A DNA stretch of 64,000 nucleotides from Macrostomum hystrix (GCA_950097015.1 CATNEN010000007.1:5828001-5892000); one strand, 5' to 3'; shown: positions 50,215-62,340, counted from the first letter of the stretch. Numbers and translations: made by a program. The notes: generated by a model not told the origin, from the letters alone.

Positions 50215-51025
50215 ACGATTCTAAGAAAATCCACAGCTAAGATTCTTAGAAACTGCTCTGCTACGATTCTTAGAAACTCCTCTGCTACGATTCTTAGAAA
50301 CTCCTCTGCTACGATTCTTAGAAACTCCGCAGCTAAGATTCTTAGAAACTGCTCTGCTACGATTCTTAGAAACTCCTCTGCTACAATTCTTAGAAACTGC
50401 TCTGCTTCGATTCTTAGAAACTCCTCTGCTACGATTCTTAGAAACTCCTCTGCTACGATTCTTAGAAACTCCTCTGCTACGATTCTTAGAAACTCCGCAG
50501 CTAAGATTCTTAGAAACTGCTCTGCTACGATTCTTAGAAACTCCTCTGCTACGATTATTAGAAACTCCTCTGCTACGATTCTCAGACACTCGGCTGCTAA
50601 GATTCTTAAAAACTTAAAATCTTATCTGCCACGATTCTAAGAATTTGCTCAGCAATTGAAAGGTTCTCTTCTAAAATTCTTTGAATATATTTTGCCTCGA
50701 TTCTTAGAAACTCTTCTTCTACGTTGCTTGCCTCTGCTACAAGTATGATTCTTAGAAAATGCCAAGCAATGGAAAGCTTCTCTTCTACGAATCTTAGAAA
50801 ATCCACTGCTTCGATTCCTAGAAACACTTTTGCTACGATTCGTAGAAAATCCTGCGGTTTTATTCTTACAAGCTCCAACAAATTTTAGAAACTACTAAAA
50901 ATCTTAGCCAGGTGTAGTTTAGAAATTAATTTGCTACGATTCTTAGAAACTCCTCTGCTGCAATTATCAGAAACTCTTCTGATACGATTCTTAGAAACGC
51001 TCAAGCTTTTATTCTTAGAAACTCG
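50215..51025. repeat. 24-bp array gattcttagaaactcctctgctac, degenerate after ~50610
   Basis: Tandem periodicity that decays rightwards. Confidence 0.9.
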
Positions 51026-51588
51026 TAAAAATCTTTGAAGCACCTCTGCTCATGTAAGTCAATTCTTTGAAGCTTCTCTGCTTCCGTATCCATTGCTTTG
51101 CTTTGAAGGCCCTTTGTTTTGATTCTAGAACACTCATCTGCTTGAATTCAAGCATTTTTCTAAGTTTTGTACGCTTGGCGCGCAAATTTACTTGCTTTTA
51201 ATTAGCTTTTTTCACTCGGTGGAAAAATAAAAAAAGCCTGCATGACGTTTGTAAAGTTTTGCGAATATTTTAACAAAAAATTATCAATTTTAAATTCAAT
51301 TTAAGCCTACTCGCAGACAAAAACTTAGTGATGGCGTTGCAATGCTGAACTTTGAATAAATCACAATTAATAATAGTGTCGTGCCATTCGGTCTAAAAGC
51401 ACTAACACGATTCTAAACGCCACTCCAGCACATGTTTTCCCGTTCCGTACTTATTGCACCTGACAAATTTTTGCTTCAGTAATTTTCACCTGCTCTTTAA
51501 TTAGTTTAATTGCGTACTTTTTTATCGATAACGAAGTTTATATAAATCAGTGTTTTCCTAGTAAAAGCTATGCTTCGAATAGATTAAT

Positions 51589-52107
51589 GGACCTTACTGA
51601 CAGGCTGACAGGAACAACAGGTAGCTGGAGGGACCTTACTGACAGGCTGACAGGAACAACAGGTAGCTGGAGGGATCTTACTGACAGGCTGACAGGAACA
51701 ACAGGTAGCTGGAGGGATCTTACTGTCAGGCTGACAGGAACAACAGGTAGCTGGAGGGATCTTACTGTCAGGCTGACAGGAACAACAGGTAGCTGGAGGG
51801 ATCTTACTGTCAGGCTGACAGGAACAACAGGTAGCTGGAGGGATCTTACTGTCAGGCTGACAGGAACAACAGGTAGCTGGAGGGATCTTACTGTCAGGCT
51901 GACAGGAAAAACAGGTAGCTGGAGGGATCTTACTGTCAGGCTGACAGGAACAACAGGTAGCTGGAGGGATCTTACTGTCAGGCTGACAGGAACAACAGGT
52001 AGCTGGAGGGATCTTACTGTCAGGCTGACAGGAACAACAGGTAGCTGGAGGGATCTTACTGTCAGGCTGACAGGAACAACAGGTAGCTGGAGAGACCTAC
52101 TGACAGG
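51589..52107. repeat. 42-bp minisatellite ggatcttactgtcaggctgacaggaacaacaggtagctggag
   Basis: ~12 near-identical copies. Confidence 0.96.
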
Positions 52108-52229
52108 TTTCAAATCTTCTCTCAGACGAAAGTTTAGTTGCAATTCTCGGAGCAAATTTAAGTAATTAGATAAAACAGTCCAGACAGGATCAGATCTGCC
52201 TCCGTCATTAATATTTTCTTACTTCTCAG

Positions 52230-52338
52230 GTCCGTCATATTCTTCGTGAATCGAAGCGAGGCGCTCTGGATTATCCAGGTGATTGTAGCCATGGTCAGCC
52301 TCACGGAGACCCTGCTAGTCACCTATCTAGGTTACAAG
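52230..52338 (+). CDS. slo-2/KCNT: Slo2 exon 4 (S2)
   Basis: SVIFFVNRSEALWIIQVIVAMVSLTETLLVTYLGYK. Confidence 0.93.
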
Positions 52339-52412
52339 GTTAGCTTCATGAATTCATTCTAGTTTTTATGACAGGTGCGACAATAATTAGACCGATTAAA
52401 ACAAAACTCCAG

Positions 52413-52487
52413 GGCAATATCTGGCACAATATTTTAACGCCGTCTTTTCTGTTGGAGCTTGTTAACACATCGCCTTTCATCGTCACA
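52413..52487 (+). CDS. slo-2/KCNT: Slo2 exon 5 (S3)
   Basis: GNIWHNILTPSFLLELVNTSPFIVT. Confidence 0.93.
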
Positions 52488-52584
52488 GTGAGTACTGACG
52501 GGAGCAAGTTGAATTGGTGCCTCTCGTTTTATTTTTAGATAGAAAAAAAACAGAAAAAACGAGCTGAATATTTTTTGCTTTCAG

Positions 52585-52668
52585 ATTTTCTCCTCCCGTC
52601 TCAGATGCCTGTTTGTTCCAGTGTTCCTCAACTGCTGGCTAGCCAAGAAGCAACTTGAACAGATGTTT
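52585..52668 (+). CDS. slo-2/KCNT: Slo2 exon 6 (S4)
   Basis: IFSSRLRCLFVPVFLNCWLAKKQLEQMF. Confidence 0.94.
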
Positions 52669-52742
52669 GTAAGAATTTTCTTTCTTGACTGCACTTGTGA
52701 CTCACTGCATGCTTTAGCAATAAAGTCTAATGTTCGTTAGTG

Positions 52743-52960
52743 CGGAGTGAGGTGGGCGTCTAACTTTCGTCTACACGGAGTGAGGTGGGCGTCTAACCTT
52801 CGTCAATGCGGAGTGAGGTGGGCGTCTAACTTTAGTCAGTTCGAAGTAGGGTGGGGGTCCAAATTGCGTCTACACGGAGTGAGGTGGGTGTATAATTTTC
52901 GCAAACGTGGAGTGGGGTGGGCGTCTAACTTAAGTCTACGCGGAGTGAGTTGGGTGTCTA
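52743..52960. repeat. Diverged 33-bp array with cggagtgaggtggg core
   Basis: Units at 52743, 52776, ... Confidence 0.85.
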
Positions 52961-53829
52961 GATCTTTGTCTAAAATCTGCTAGATTTAGTGCGTTCGCTT
53001 AGGTTGGATTTTTTAATTAATTTTTAATCGTTTTACTGATAATCATGCAGAACTAAATACCTACGTGTGCTCATATGCTCTTTCTTCCTAGTAAGATGGA
53101 AAAAGAATCTCAAGGAAACAGAAAGCTATTTTGCTCTAGGCAATTCATAGTCCTTGAGATAAGCAAAAGCCAGGTGGCTGACTGCTGTTTCTAATAAAGA
53201 CAAAAATGCATCAACAGGTGTTTCATGTATCCCCGCTAAAACAAGAATTTAATTAATGATTCATTCTGTCCGAACCTCGCAGCTGATAAGTGCAGTCAGA
53301 ATTTCTGAGAATACTCGTGCTTTTTGCGTGCAGGCCTTGGCCTAATCTATTACGACCTAATTAGAGAACCGAGCTCAAATTTAATAGTACTCAAGCTGTT
53401 TGCTATCTCATTTTTTAAGGATTTGCAAGGAGTCGCTAGCAATGACTTTCAGACTGAAATAGTCTAGCGTTAAAATGAAGAAACCAATTAAAACTTAGAG
53501 AAAATGTAAGTATAATTGCTCATTTAAAGCTGAATAGTGAATAGAAATTAGACTTGCAAATAATATTCTGCAGGGAATGGTATGTTATTTTCGACTTGCA
53601 AGAAGTATGTTCAGAAATTGTACATTTCGCTGGCTACTTATTTTTTATACTCCTTGAATAAGACTCCGTGACCAAAGCGACAGATTCTGTTATGATCTGA
53701 TTGTAGACTTTGAGTTTTTGTCTTAAAAAATATTAAAATATATTGCCCCTATAGGACTGCTTAAAGATGTCAAAATCTTGTCCTCGCGGAGTGAGGTGGC
53801 TTGAAAAATTTCGGCCCCGCCGAATGATG

Positions 53830-54458
53830 TGGGGTTAAAAGTATCAGTTAGGTGGTGTTACAAATCTCGTCCCCTGCGGAGTGAGGTGGGGTTAAAATAT
53901 CAGTTAGGTGGTGTTACAAATCTCGTCCCCTGCGGAGTGAGGTGGGGTTAAAATATCAGTTAGGTGGTGTTACAAATCTCGTCCCCTGCGGAGTGAGGTG
54001 GGGTTAAAATATCAGTTAGGTGGTGTTACAAATCTCGTCCCCTGCGGAATGAGGTGGGGTTAAAATATCAGTTAGGTGGTGTTACAAATCTCGTCCCCTG
54101 CGGAGTGAGGTGGGGTTAAAATATCAGTTAGGTGGTGTTACAAATCTCGTCCCCTGCGGAGTGAGGTGGGGTTAAAATATCAGTTAGGTGGTGTTACAAA
54201 TCTCGTCCCCTGCGGAGTGAGGTGGGGTTAAAATATCAGTTAGGTGGTGTTACAAATCTCGTCCCCTGCGGAGTGAGGTGGGGTTAAAATATCAGTTAGG
54301 TGGTGTTACAAATCTCGTCCCCTGCGGAGTGAGGTGGGGTTAAAATATCAGTTAGGTGGTGTTACAAATCTCGTCCCCTGCGGAGTGAGGTGGGGTTAAA
54401 ATATCAGTTAGGTGGTGTTACAAATCTCGTCCCTTGCGGAGTGAGGTGGGGTTAAAAA
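53830..54458. repeat. 56-bp tandem repeat with gcggagtgaggtgggg core, ~11 copies
   Basis: Units at 53876, 53932, ... Confidence 0.96.
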
Positions 54459-54570
54459 TGCGTCCTCCAAGTGAAGGTCTTTTCTGCAGATTCGTGTGTG
54501 CGTCGCATCTGCTGCAAAAGTAGGTTTATCGGGCAGATGAATAAAGAGAAATCGTTATCCTCATTGGCAG

Positions 54571-55014
54571 GCTGACTTGAATCGTGTCCTTCAGCGCACC
54601 TCGTCGGCCCTGGCGCAGCGCCTGATGAGCGTGACGGCTACCACGCTGTGTATCATATTCACAAGCGTGTGCGGCGTCCAGCATCTGCAACGTGGTGGAG
54701 AACGACATTTCACTTTATTCCAGTCGTTCTGGTTTGTCACAGTCACCTTCTCGACCGTCGGCTACGGAGACCTGACGCCAGACGTGTGGCCCAGCCAGCT
54801 GTTCATGATTGTGATGATCTGCGTTGCCATCACTGTTCTACCGTCTCAGGTGGAGAAGCTGGTGGTGACGTGGATCGAGCGCAAGGCGATGGGCGCCACC
54901 TACAGCAGGCACAGGGCGCAGAGCGAGAAGCATGTGGTTGTGTGCACTACCACCTTGCACTCGGATGCCATCATGGACTTTCTCAATGAGTTCTACGCGC
55001 ATCCAAAGCTGCAG
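54571..55014 (+). CDS. slo-2/KCNT: Slo2 exon 7 (S5, pore, S6, start of RCK1)
   Basis: VTFSTVGYGD selectivity filter; YSRHRAQSEKHVVVC; MDFLNEFYAHPKLQ. Confidence 0.98.
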
Positions 55015-55099
55015 GTAAGGATTTCGAGAACTAACGACTTTGTAGTCCTTAAGCCGTTAAGCCAAAAGCAACGGTATGTGTAATAGTGACGTGGGTTCA

Positions 55100-55478
55100 A
55101 GAGTGCGGTGGGTGTAGGAGTGAGAGTGAGGTGGGAGTGAGGTGGATGTATGAGTGAATTGGGGGTAGGAGTGAGGTGGGTTTGGGAGTGAGATGGGTGT
55201 AGGAGTGAGGTGGGTGTTGGAGTGAGGTGGGTGTAGGAGTGAGGTGAGGTAGGAGTAAGTTAGGGTAGGAGTGAGGTGGGTGTGGGAGTGAGATGGGTGT
55301 TGGAGTGAGGTGTGTGTAGGAGTGAGGTGGGTGTAGGAGTGAGGTGGGTGTAGGAGTGAGGTGAGGTAGGAGTAAGTTAGGGTAGGAGTGAGGTGGGTGT
55401 GGGAGTGAGATGGGTGTTGGAGTGAGGTGTGTGTAGGAGTGAGGTGGGTGTAGGAGTGAGGTGGGTGTTGGAGTGAGG
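55100..55478. repeat. ~17-bp G-rich array taggagtgaggtgggtg
   Basis: Fills most of intron 55015-55516. Confidence 0.92.
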
Positions 55479-55516
55479 CAGGTTCTAGTAGAAGATTCAA
55501 TGCTCTCTACCACCAG

Positions 55517-55653
55517 GACTACTATGTGATCCTATTCTCGCCGTGCGAGCTGGACAGCACCCTGAAGATAATAATGCAGGTGCCGATTTGGTCGCAGCGC
55601 GTCATTTATATTCAAGGCTCTGCGCTTAAAGACGCCGACTTGGCCAGGTGTCG
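55517..55653 (+). CDS. slo-2/KCNT: Slo2 exon 8
   Basis: DYYVILFSPCELD...QVPIWSQRVIYIQGSALKDADLARC. Confidence 0.95.
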
Positions 55654-55752
55654 GTAGGTGAAGCTTGGCCAGATTTCTGAATTTCAGTTTTTGTTTCTGC
55701 TTTCCGGAATTCACGAAACTCAGTTTAATCCTTCCCCGTTTCCTTCGCACAG

Positions 55753-55816
55753 CATGCAGGATGCGGAGGCCTGCTTCATTCTGTGCCCTCGCAGCTACAA
55801 TGATCGTAGTGCTGCT
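55753..55816 (+). CDS. slo-2/KCNT: Slo2 exon 9
   Basis: MQDAEACFILCPRSYNDRSAA. Confidence 0.93.
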
Positions 55817-56926
55817 GTAAGTTAGTGCGAATTTATAAATAGATTACATCACAGCTTTTCTCGCCCGTGTGTGTATGTGTGTGTGTTTGATTTGCATAGG
55901 TAAAATGTACATAGCAGACTTCAATTCAATAATATTGCCAATGCTAGCGAGACGCGTACTCATTTCTTACTTCAACACATATAAATCGTCAAATCTTGTC
56001 TCGATTGCAACCTTTTCAAGACATTAGTTCGGCACTTTTGATTTGCGAAATTCAAGTCAAGTTTTTGTTATGTACTGCTACTTTTTATATTATATCACCA
56101 GAAGTTGAAAACTAAGTTCAGTTCAGTTTTTTTTAAGGGGTCATTAATTTAATGGCTGTCATTAAATTGCTGCTAAAGGGTGTCATTAGCTAGCAGCTAC
56201 TAAATGTGTCACTATAAGTTCTCTGCTAAACGGATTTCATACATTTGTTCTTTCCTGCTAGAAGAGGACATTCTTCTCTGCTAAAGGGGGAATAAAATGG
56301 TTATATTCAGTAAAACAGATTACTTACTTGCAGAACAGTACATATATAAGCATCGTTGCCTGCGAAAATGGGAACATTTCTTCTATTGAGGCCAATAAAC
56401 TATATATTATTACTGTGCTTATTTAGCTTGGCACTGAAAACAGACTGGGCATGTTTCTAGGAATGCCTATTTAGTTGGCGTAAATTCATAAGTTATGCAA
56501 TAATAAAGTCAAGAATTCTATGTACTATAATATATATATTTACTAATATATTTAATATATATATAATACACTTGTATATTATATATAAAAAATTATATAT
56601 ATATATATAATACTATAAAAATTTTTTTTTTGCCACTAAAATTGTAGTTCTATGAGAAATGAAAAGCATTTGAGTAAAATTTATTAGAACGATTGTGTTA
56701 CGATTAGCCTTACTTGAAGTACTTTTACGAAAACTATTTTTGTATGCTGACGAAATGAGTTTTTGTTTTTGTTTACTTTTAGGTGTGTTTTGTCCTTCTG
56801 CATTACACAAGATTTTTGTCGGAACAGTTGTGCCCCCCCCCAAAGGGGGATTAGTGTGCTAGTTCCAGATTTAAATAATGAAAATATGCAAATTTTAATC
56901 ATCCTTCTTTCGTTTAAACACAACAG

Positions 56927-57035
56927 GACCAGCACACCATAATGCGAGCTTGGGCGGTGAACGACTTTGCTCCGCAATGCCCGCAGTATGTTCAGATCTA
57001 CCGGCCCGAGAATAAAATTCACGTCAAGTTTGCAG
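56927..57035 (+). CDS. slo-2/KCNT: Slo2 exon 10
   Basis: [36 protein letters not shown]. Confidence 0.95.
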
Positions 57036-57140
57036 GTGAGAGCTCACCCGCTCAACCGACCTGCGTGGTCTGTCGAATCCTGCTAGTGTGAGCAATTTGA
57101 ACAAGACAATAGTTTAAGGTCAATTCGATCTCCACTCCAG

Positions 57141-57249
57141 AATACGTAGTCTGCGAGGATGAGTTTAAGTACGCTATTTTGGCGAACAACTGCCTGTGCC
57201 CAGGTATCTCGACACTAGTGACGCTTCTGCTGCACACTTCCAGAGGCCA
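57141..57249 (+). CDS. slo-2/KCNT: Slo2 exon 11
   Basis: [35 protein letters not shown]. Confidence 0.95.
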
Positions 57250-57348
57250 GTAAGTTGAAAACTATTCAGTCTCATATCGAGCCCGCTGGCAGTGTAGTGA
57301 AATAGGTCGCTTAGGGAAGGAATTGGATAATCGGATGAGAAGGGTTCT

Positions 57349-57878
57349 GGAGTGAGGTAGGTGCAGGAGCGTGTTGGGGTAGGAGTGAGGTGGGTGCCGG
57401 AGTGAGTGGGTGCCAGAGTGAGGTGGGTGCCGGAGTGAGGTGGGTGCAGGAGTGAGGTGGGATAGGAGTGAGGTGGGTGCCGGAGTTAGTGGGTGCCGGA
57501 GTGAGGTGGGTGCCGGAGTGAGGTAGGTGCCGGAGTGAGGTGGGTGCCGGAGTGAGGTGGGTGCCGGAGTGAGGTGGGTACAGGAGTGAGGTGGGTGCAG
57601 GAGTGAGGTGGGATAGGAGTGAGGTAGGGATAGGAATGAGGTGGGGATAGGAGTGAGGTGGGGATAGGAGTGAGGTGGGGATAAGAGTGAGGTGGGTAGG
57701 AGTGGGGTGGAGGTAGTAGTGAGGTGGGGGTAGGAGTGAGGTGGGGGTAGGAGTGTGGTGGAGGTAGGAGTGAAGTGTGGGTAGAAGTGGGGCGGAGGTA
57801 GGAGTGAGGTGGGGGTAGGAGTGGGGTGGAGGTAGGAGTGAGGTGGGGGTAAGAGTGGGGTGGAGGTAGGAGTTAGGT
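57349..57878. repeat. ~17-18-bp G-rich array ggagtgaggtggg(tgcc/gata/ggta)
   Basis: Fills most of intron 57250-57947. Confidence 0.92.
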
Positions 57879-57947
57879 GATTTGTGTATTTGAAGTGATT
57901 TGTATAAATTTCACAGAGCAATTTTCTCTATCTCATTTGAAACCTAG

Positions 57948-58097
57948 GGAAGGCCAGACCAGCTCAGAGGAGTGGGTCCGGATCTACGGCAAGTGCTCAG
58001 GAAATGAGATCTATCATGTGCGTCTCGGCGAGAGTCGCTTCTTTGGCGAGTACAAGGATAAGAGCTTTACCTATGCCAGCTTCCACGCCCACAGGAA
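57948..58097 (+). CDS. slo-2/KCNT: Slo2 exon 12
   Basis: [49 protein letters not shown]. Confidence 0.95.
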
Positions 58098-58460
58098 GTG
58101 AGTCACTGGGCAAAATGCAAATCAGTTTCAAATTAAAAACTTTGAAACTTTAAGTAGAAGTACTGCTTAGCTGCTCAAAAATATAATCGAAATGGATAGA
58201 AGTAAATTTTTAAGCAGACAGGGCATCACCGAACCCGTGCAGGCACAGGTGCCAGCTAAACCAACAGAATAGCAGAATTTCTATCAACAAACGACAGTAA
58301 AGTAGAAATAGTTCTGTGCTGCGTCACGCAATTACCGCAGCATCTTTGATGATTGACGCACGGACTCCCTGTGGTGAGACGAAAGTGCACGAGGCTGTGC
58401 TGTGGAAAATGCTATTTTCTAGTCAGAGCGCGGAGATTTCATACCGTCGGTGCTTTTCAG

Positions 58461-58699
58461 ATTCGGCGTCGCCCTGGTGGCCGTGCGGCCGAACACGCCG
58501 GGCGCGTCGATCCTGCTGAACCCGGGCCCGCGTCACGTGATGCAGGCCATGGACACCTGCTACTACATGAGCATCACCAAGGAGGAGAACACCACGTTCG
58601 TGGAGGCGCCGCTGATCCCGGAGAAGGGACTGGACCGCGTGCCCAGCCTCCGACTGCCAGTCAAGCAGACCCGCGGCCGCCTGACTCGCTTCTTCTCCA
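58461..58699 (+). CDS. slo-2/KCNT: Slo2 exon 13
   Basis: FGVALVAV...ILLNPGPRHVMQAMDTCYYMSITKEEN; ends phase 1 at GTGAGA. Confidence 0.93.
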
Positions 58700-59154
58700 G
58701 TGAGAAGCTTTTTCAATTAGCTGTGTACATCACTTCCACCTTCTCATGTTCAGCCGATCTACACCCCCATATTCATCCGTACTGAAGGGTCGAAATCCCT
58801 GTCCCGGAGCTCGATTCCGCGTCGAGGCCAAATTCATTTGGGGCGCAGCCGCGGAGAGAGAAGGCTTGGTGGCTTGTCGTGCAATTTACGCCCTTGAGGT
58901 CCAACCTCCAAGGCACAGTGAAAGTGTACACTGCCTGACGATGAGAAAGTCAGGGCTGTGTGAGTGCGTGCCTGCGTTCTTATCCCCCTGCCTGGGTGTG
59001 CTCAAGGGTCAGCGGGATTGTCAGATTCTATTCTTATTTTTGGGCGGAATTGAGCTCGGGAATTATGGTGTGGGAATCAGTCGAGTCAAACCGCTTCATC
59101 ACTCAACTTGCGAAATCTCCGTTCACTGATGACTGAATTGTCTCGGATCCGCAG

Positions 59155-59448
59155 CGAAATCCCCATCGTCGAGGCGTCAAAAAAACGATGACGTTGCTGG
59201 GGGCGGCGGCGGTGACATCGGCGGCGGACGAGCAGGCTGCGGTGGTAGCGGCGTCGAGGAGACGATTGTGGCGGCCGAGCGCCAGGGCCTGTACGAGTGC
59301 TTCGGGCCCAACACGCTGGCCGTGCCGACGACCTCCGGCCACTTGGGCGGCGGCGGCGGCGGCGGCGGCTGCGGCAGTCGTCGAGGTTCGACCGCCAGCA
59401 TGGGCAGCCGACGAGCATCCATCGCGGCGGTGCCGTCCTACGGTCAAG
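59155..59448 (+). CDS. slo-2/KCNT: Slo2 exon 14 (Gly-rich RCK1-RCK2 linker)
   Basis: Phase 1-1, open frame ...NTLAVPTTSGHLGGGGGGGGCGSRRGSTASMGSRRASIAAVP; RRxS(I) linker motif. Confidence 0.8.
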
Positions 59449-60195
59449 GTGAGAGTACAGCCCATTCCAGTGCACTCTGAGAAATGTCTAAAACCAGTCG
59501 AGCGTGAATTTCTTATAACTACTAACCAGAGGTTCATGCGAGTTAGTTTGATAAACTATGACAAATACCGTTGCTCTTTAGACCAAACGGAATTGTTGAG
59601 ATCAATTGCACGGTATTTTTAACAAATCGACTCACACTAACATCATCCGACTCTGAACTGATCCGAAGCTCTGTTTATTAGGAAGCCCCGGAAAAGTTAG
59701 TCCAATCATGATTCAGAATTCGTGCAATGCGCACTACCAATTTCAGCTCCAAGGCCTGGCCCGCCAGCACAGCGTATGTTCACACACGCTCACCCTACTG
59801 ACACCAGTAGCATTGCAAGGGTTTTCTTACTCATATTTTAGGCCTTCTTTTAGTGCATAATCAATCATTCTACGCTGCACTGCTCACAAATATAATTAGA
59901 TGTGAAATTCACTTAACAAGTAAAATACAGTAACGAACTCACCATTCTGTTTTCACTGGCATTCAGCTTCTAAATGCACAAGCGTTTGCAAGGGTATGTC
60001 TGCAGGTGCATTTGGCTTCACTCATCGCATGTGACGTGTTTTTATTCACCGGATGCATAATCACGGGAAATATGCATTGCTTTTGTTATAATGATTGTTT
60101 GGACTTTGATAAGCTTAGTTTGCCTGCTAAAAATTGGACGCCTCAAGGCTTTGAAATTCGAATACGGTAATCAGTGTTCTAATATACAGTTTACA

Positions 60196-60330
60196 AAGGA
60201 TTGTAGCTTAGTAGGGGTTGTAGCCTCACGACTTGTTGGTCGGGGGTTCGAATCCCGACTCCACTAGAGTCCTTGAGCAAGACACTTGACTCCACATTGC
60301 TTCAGTTCATCCAGCTGGAAATAAATTTGG
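60196..60330 (+). mobile_element. tRNA-derived SINE with CORE-like segment
   Basis: A-box tagcttagtag, B-box ggttcgaatcc, then gtccttgagcaagacacttgactccacattgcttcagt resembling the CORE-SINE domain. Confidence 0.7.
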
Positions 60331-61285
60331 GAGGGTGTGGCGCCAACTGTACACAGCCGTTGGATGCGCTGCGCAATAGCTGCGCCTGTACATCTTGGCC
60401 GAATATCGTTTTTTTAATTTCTCAGAAATGTTCACGTTACGCTGCTATTCTGTATCGTAGTGCTTGTGTCTTTTCGACATGCATTATTTTACTGTTCTGT
60501 GCATTAATTCTGCAGTGTTTTATTTTTTACGCACCAAAAATCTATCTTTTGCAGTGCCCGGTTAGTAACAAGAAGAGATTAGCTTCTCACCATGGCAACC
60601 GTGGCTATTTGAAACTGTACTTTTGTTGCGCTTGTGAATTGTGAAAGCCGACCCATAGTAGATTATATTACCATTAATTTAATTCGCATATGTACTCGAC
60701 GCTTAGTAACAACAGAAATAATAATTGCAGGAGGGCTGCAGGCAATGACACATCATTTGCAGACCCGCAGCCAGCAAGGAGGCAATTCTGCCCATTGCGC
60801 TGGCTCCTGGGCACACACGCACACAGATTATGTACGCAGGCGCACACTGACACAGGTGTGTGCATCAGCCCTGACTTTCTCATTGTCAGGCAGTCTACAC
60901 TCCCACTGCGCTATTGAGGTTGACCCTAAAAGGCGTAAATTGCACGACAAGCCCCCAAGCCTTCCACGCCCCACGCCCCAAACTATATGTGACCTCGCGC
61001 CGTGGAATCGAGCTCAGGGACACTGGTGCGAGAGGCAAACACATTAACCGCTCTGCCACTCACCCCTGTACTCGTAGATTACACCTGGAACAGGTTTATG
61101 GTGCCGTTTGAAAGTGAGAGTTAGTACTGCGACTCGCTTCATCGAGTGGTTTTTCTAGGTTTTTGTTTGTGAAGTTCTCAAAAATACTATATTTTACCGT
61201 TATTACTAAGCGCAACATTTAAACTGCCTGCTTTCTATTCTGTCACGTAGCCAGATACAACGACCCAGCCCGCTTGAAATTTCAG

Positions 61286-61349
61286 CTGTCAATCATCAGG
61301 CGGAATGTGCTGGTGACAATGACAGCTGCCAGGATGAAAACATGGCCGA
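61286..61349 (+). CDS. slo-2/KCNT: Slo2 exon 15 (small linker exon)
   Basis: tttcag acceptor, GTAAGT donor; supplies the phase 1-to-2 shift needed between exons 14 and 16; AVNHQAECAGDNDSCQDENMAE. Confidence 0.65.
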
Positions 61350-61530
61350 GTAAGTAGCGGAAGCAAATCATGCACGTGGATGCACGCTGATGCTCGTGTT
61401 TGCTGATTTTCGACGACGTTTTGGAAAACATTGATATGCACTGATGCTTCGAGGCACCATGTCTCTGATAAGTTACGAGTAGATAGCCGTTGGCAACCGA
61501 CACGCTTAGTTGATACTCGCTAACAGGTTT

Positions 61531-61925
61531 TTGATGCTGTTGATGCTCACTGATGGCTGTTGATACTCACTGATGGCTGTTGATACTAACTGATGGCTGT
61601 TGATACTCACTCATAGCTGTTGATACTCACTCATAGCTGTTGATACTCACTGATGGTTGTTGATGCTCACTGATGGCTGTCGATGCTCACTGATGGCTGT
61701 TGATACGCACTGATGGCTGTTGATACTCACTGATGGCTGTTGATACTCACTGATGGCTGTTGATACTCACTGATGGCTGTTGATGCTCACTGATGGCTGT
61801 TGATACTCACTGATGGCTGTTGATACTCACTCATGGCTGTTGATACTCACTGATGGTTGTTGATGCTCACTGATGGCTGTCGATGCTCACTGATGGCTGT
61901 TGATACTCACTGATGGTTGTTGATA
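61531..61925. repeat. 20-bp minisatellite tgatggctgttgatactcac
   Basis: Tandem periodicity. Confidence 0.94.
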
Positions 61926-61989
61926 GTCGCTGGTGGGCGAGGCAATTAGAGTTGACCAAACTAAAATTATCATCCACTGACCTCTCCAG

Positions 61990-62340
61990 GACCGTGAAAG
62001 ACTTTCCGCCCGTGCTGCCCTACGTGGGCAATGCCCCTTGCTTGAGCCACGTGCTGATGCTGAAGCGCAACATCTGCTGCTTGAACCTGTCGATGCACTG
62101 CAACCACTGCAGCCACCGTTGCGCCAAGGACTACAACTGGGCCAACAGGGGCATCATTGTTTGCGCCGACTTCGCCTCTAACGGCCTCTATAATTTCATC
62201 CTGCCATTGCGAGCCCACTGGCTGGCCCGTTCCTCATTGAAGCCGATCGTTCTGCTGCTGGAGCGCCAGCCAGACCGCTACTTCCTGGAGGCCATTTCGC
62301 ATTTTCCTTTGGTCTACTGGATGATCGGATCTATTGAAAA
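61990..62340 (+). CDS. slo-2/KCNT: Slo2 exon 16 (RCK2)
   Basis: VKDFPPVLPYVG...NGLYNFILPLRA...LKPIVLLLE...FLEAISHFPLVYWMIGSIE. Confidence 0.96.

Noticed and set aside
56520-56620. AT-only quasi-palindrome
   Set aside because: Low-complexity TA sequence is self-complementary by composition
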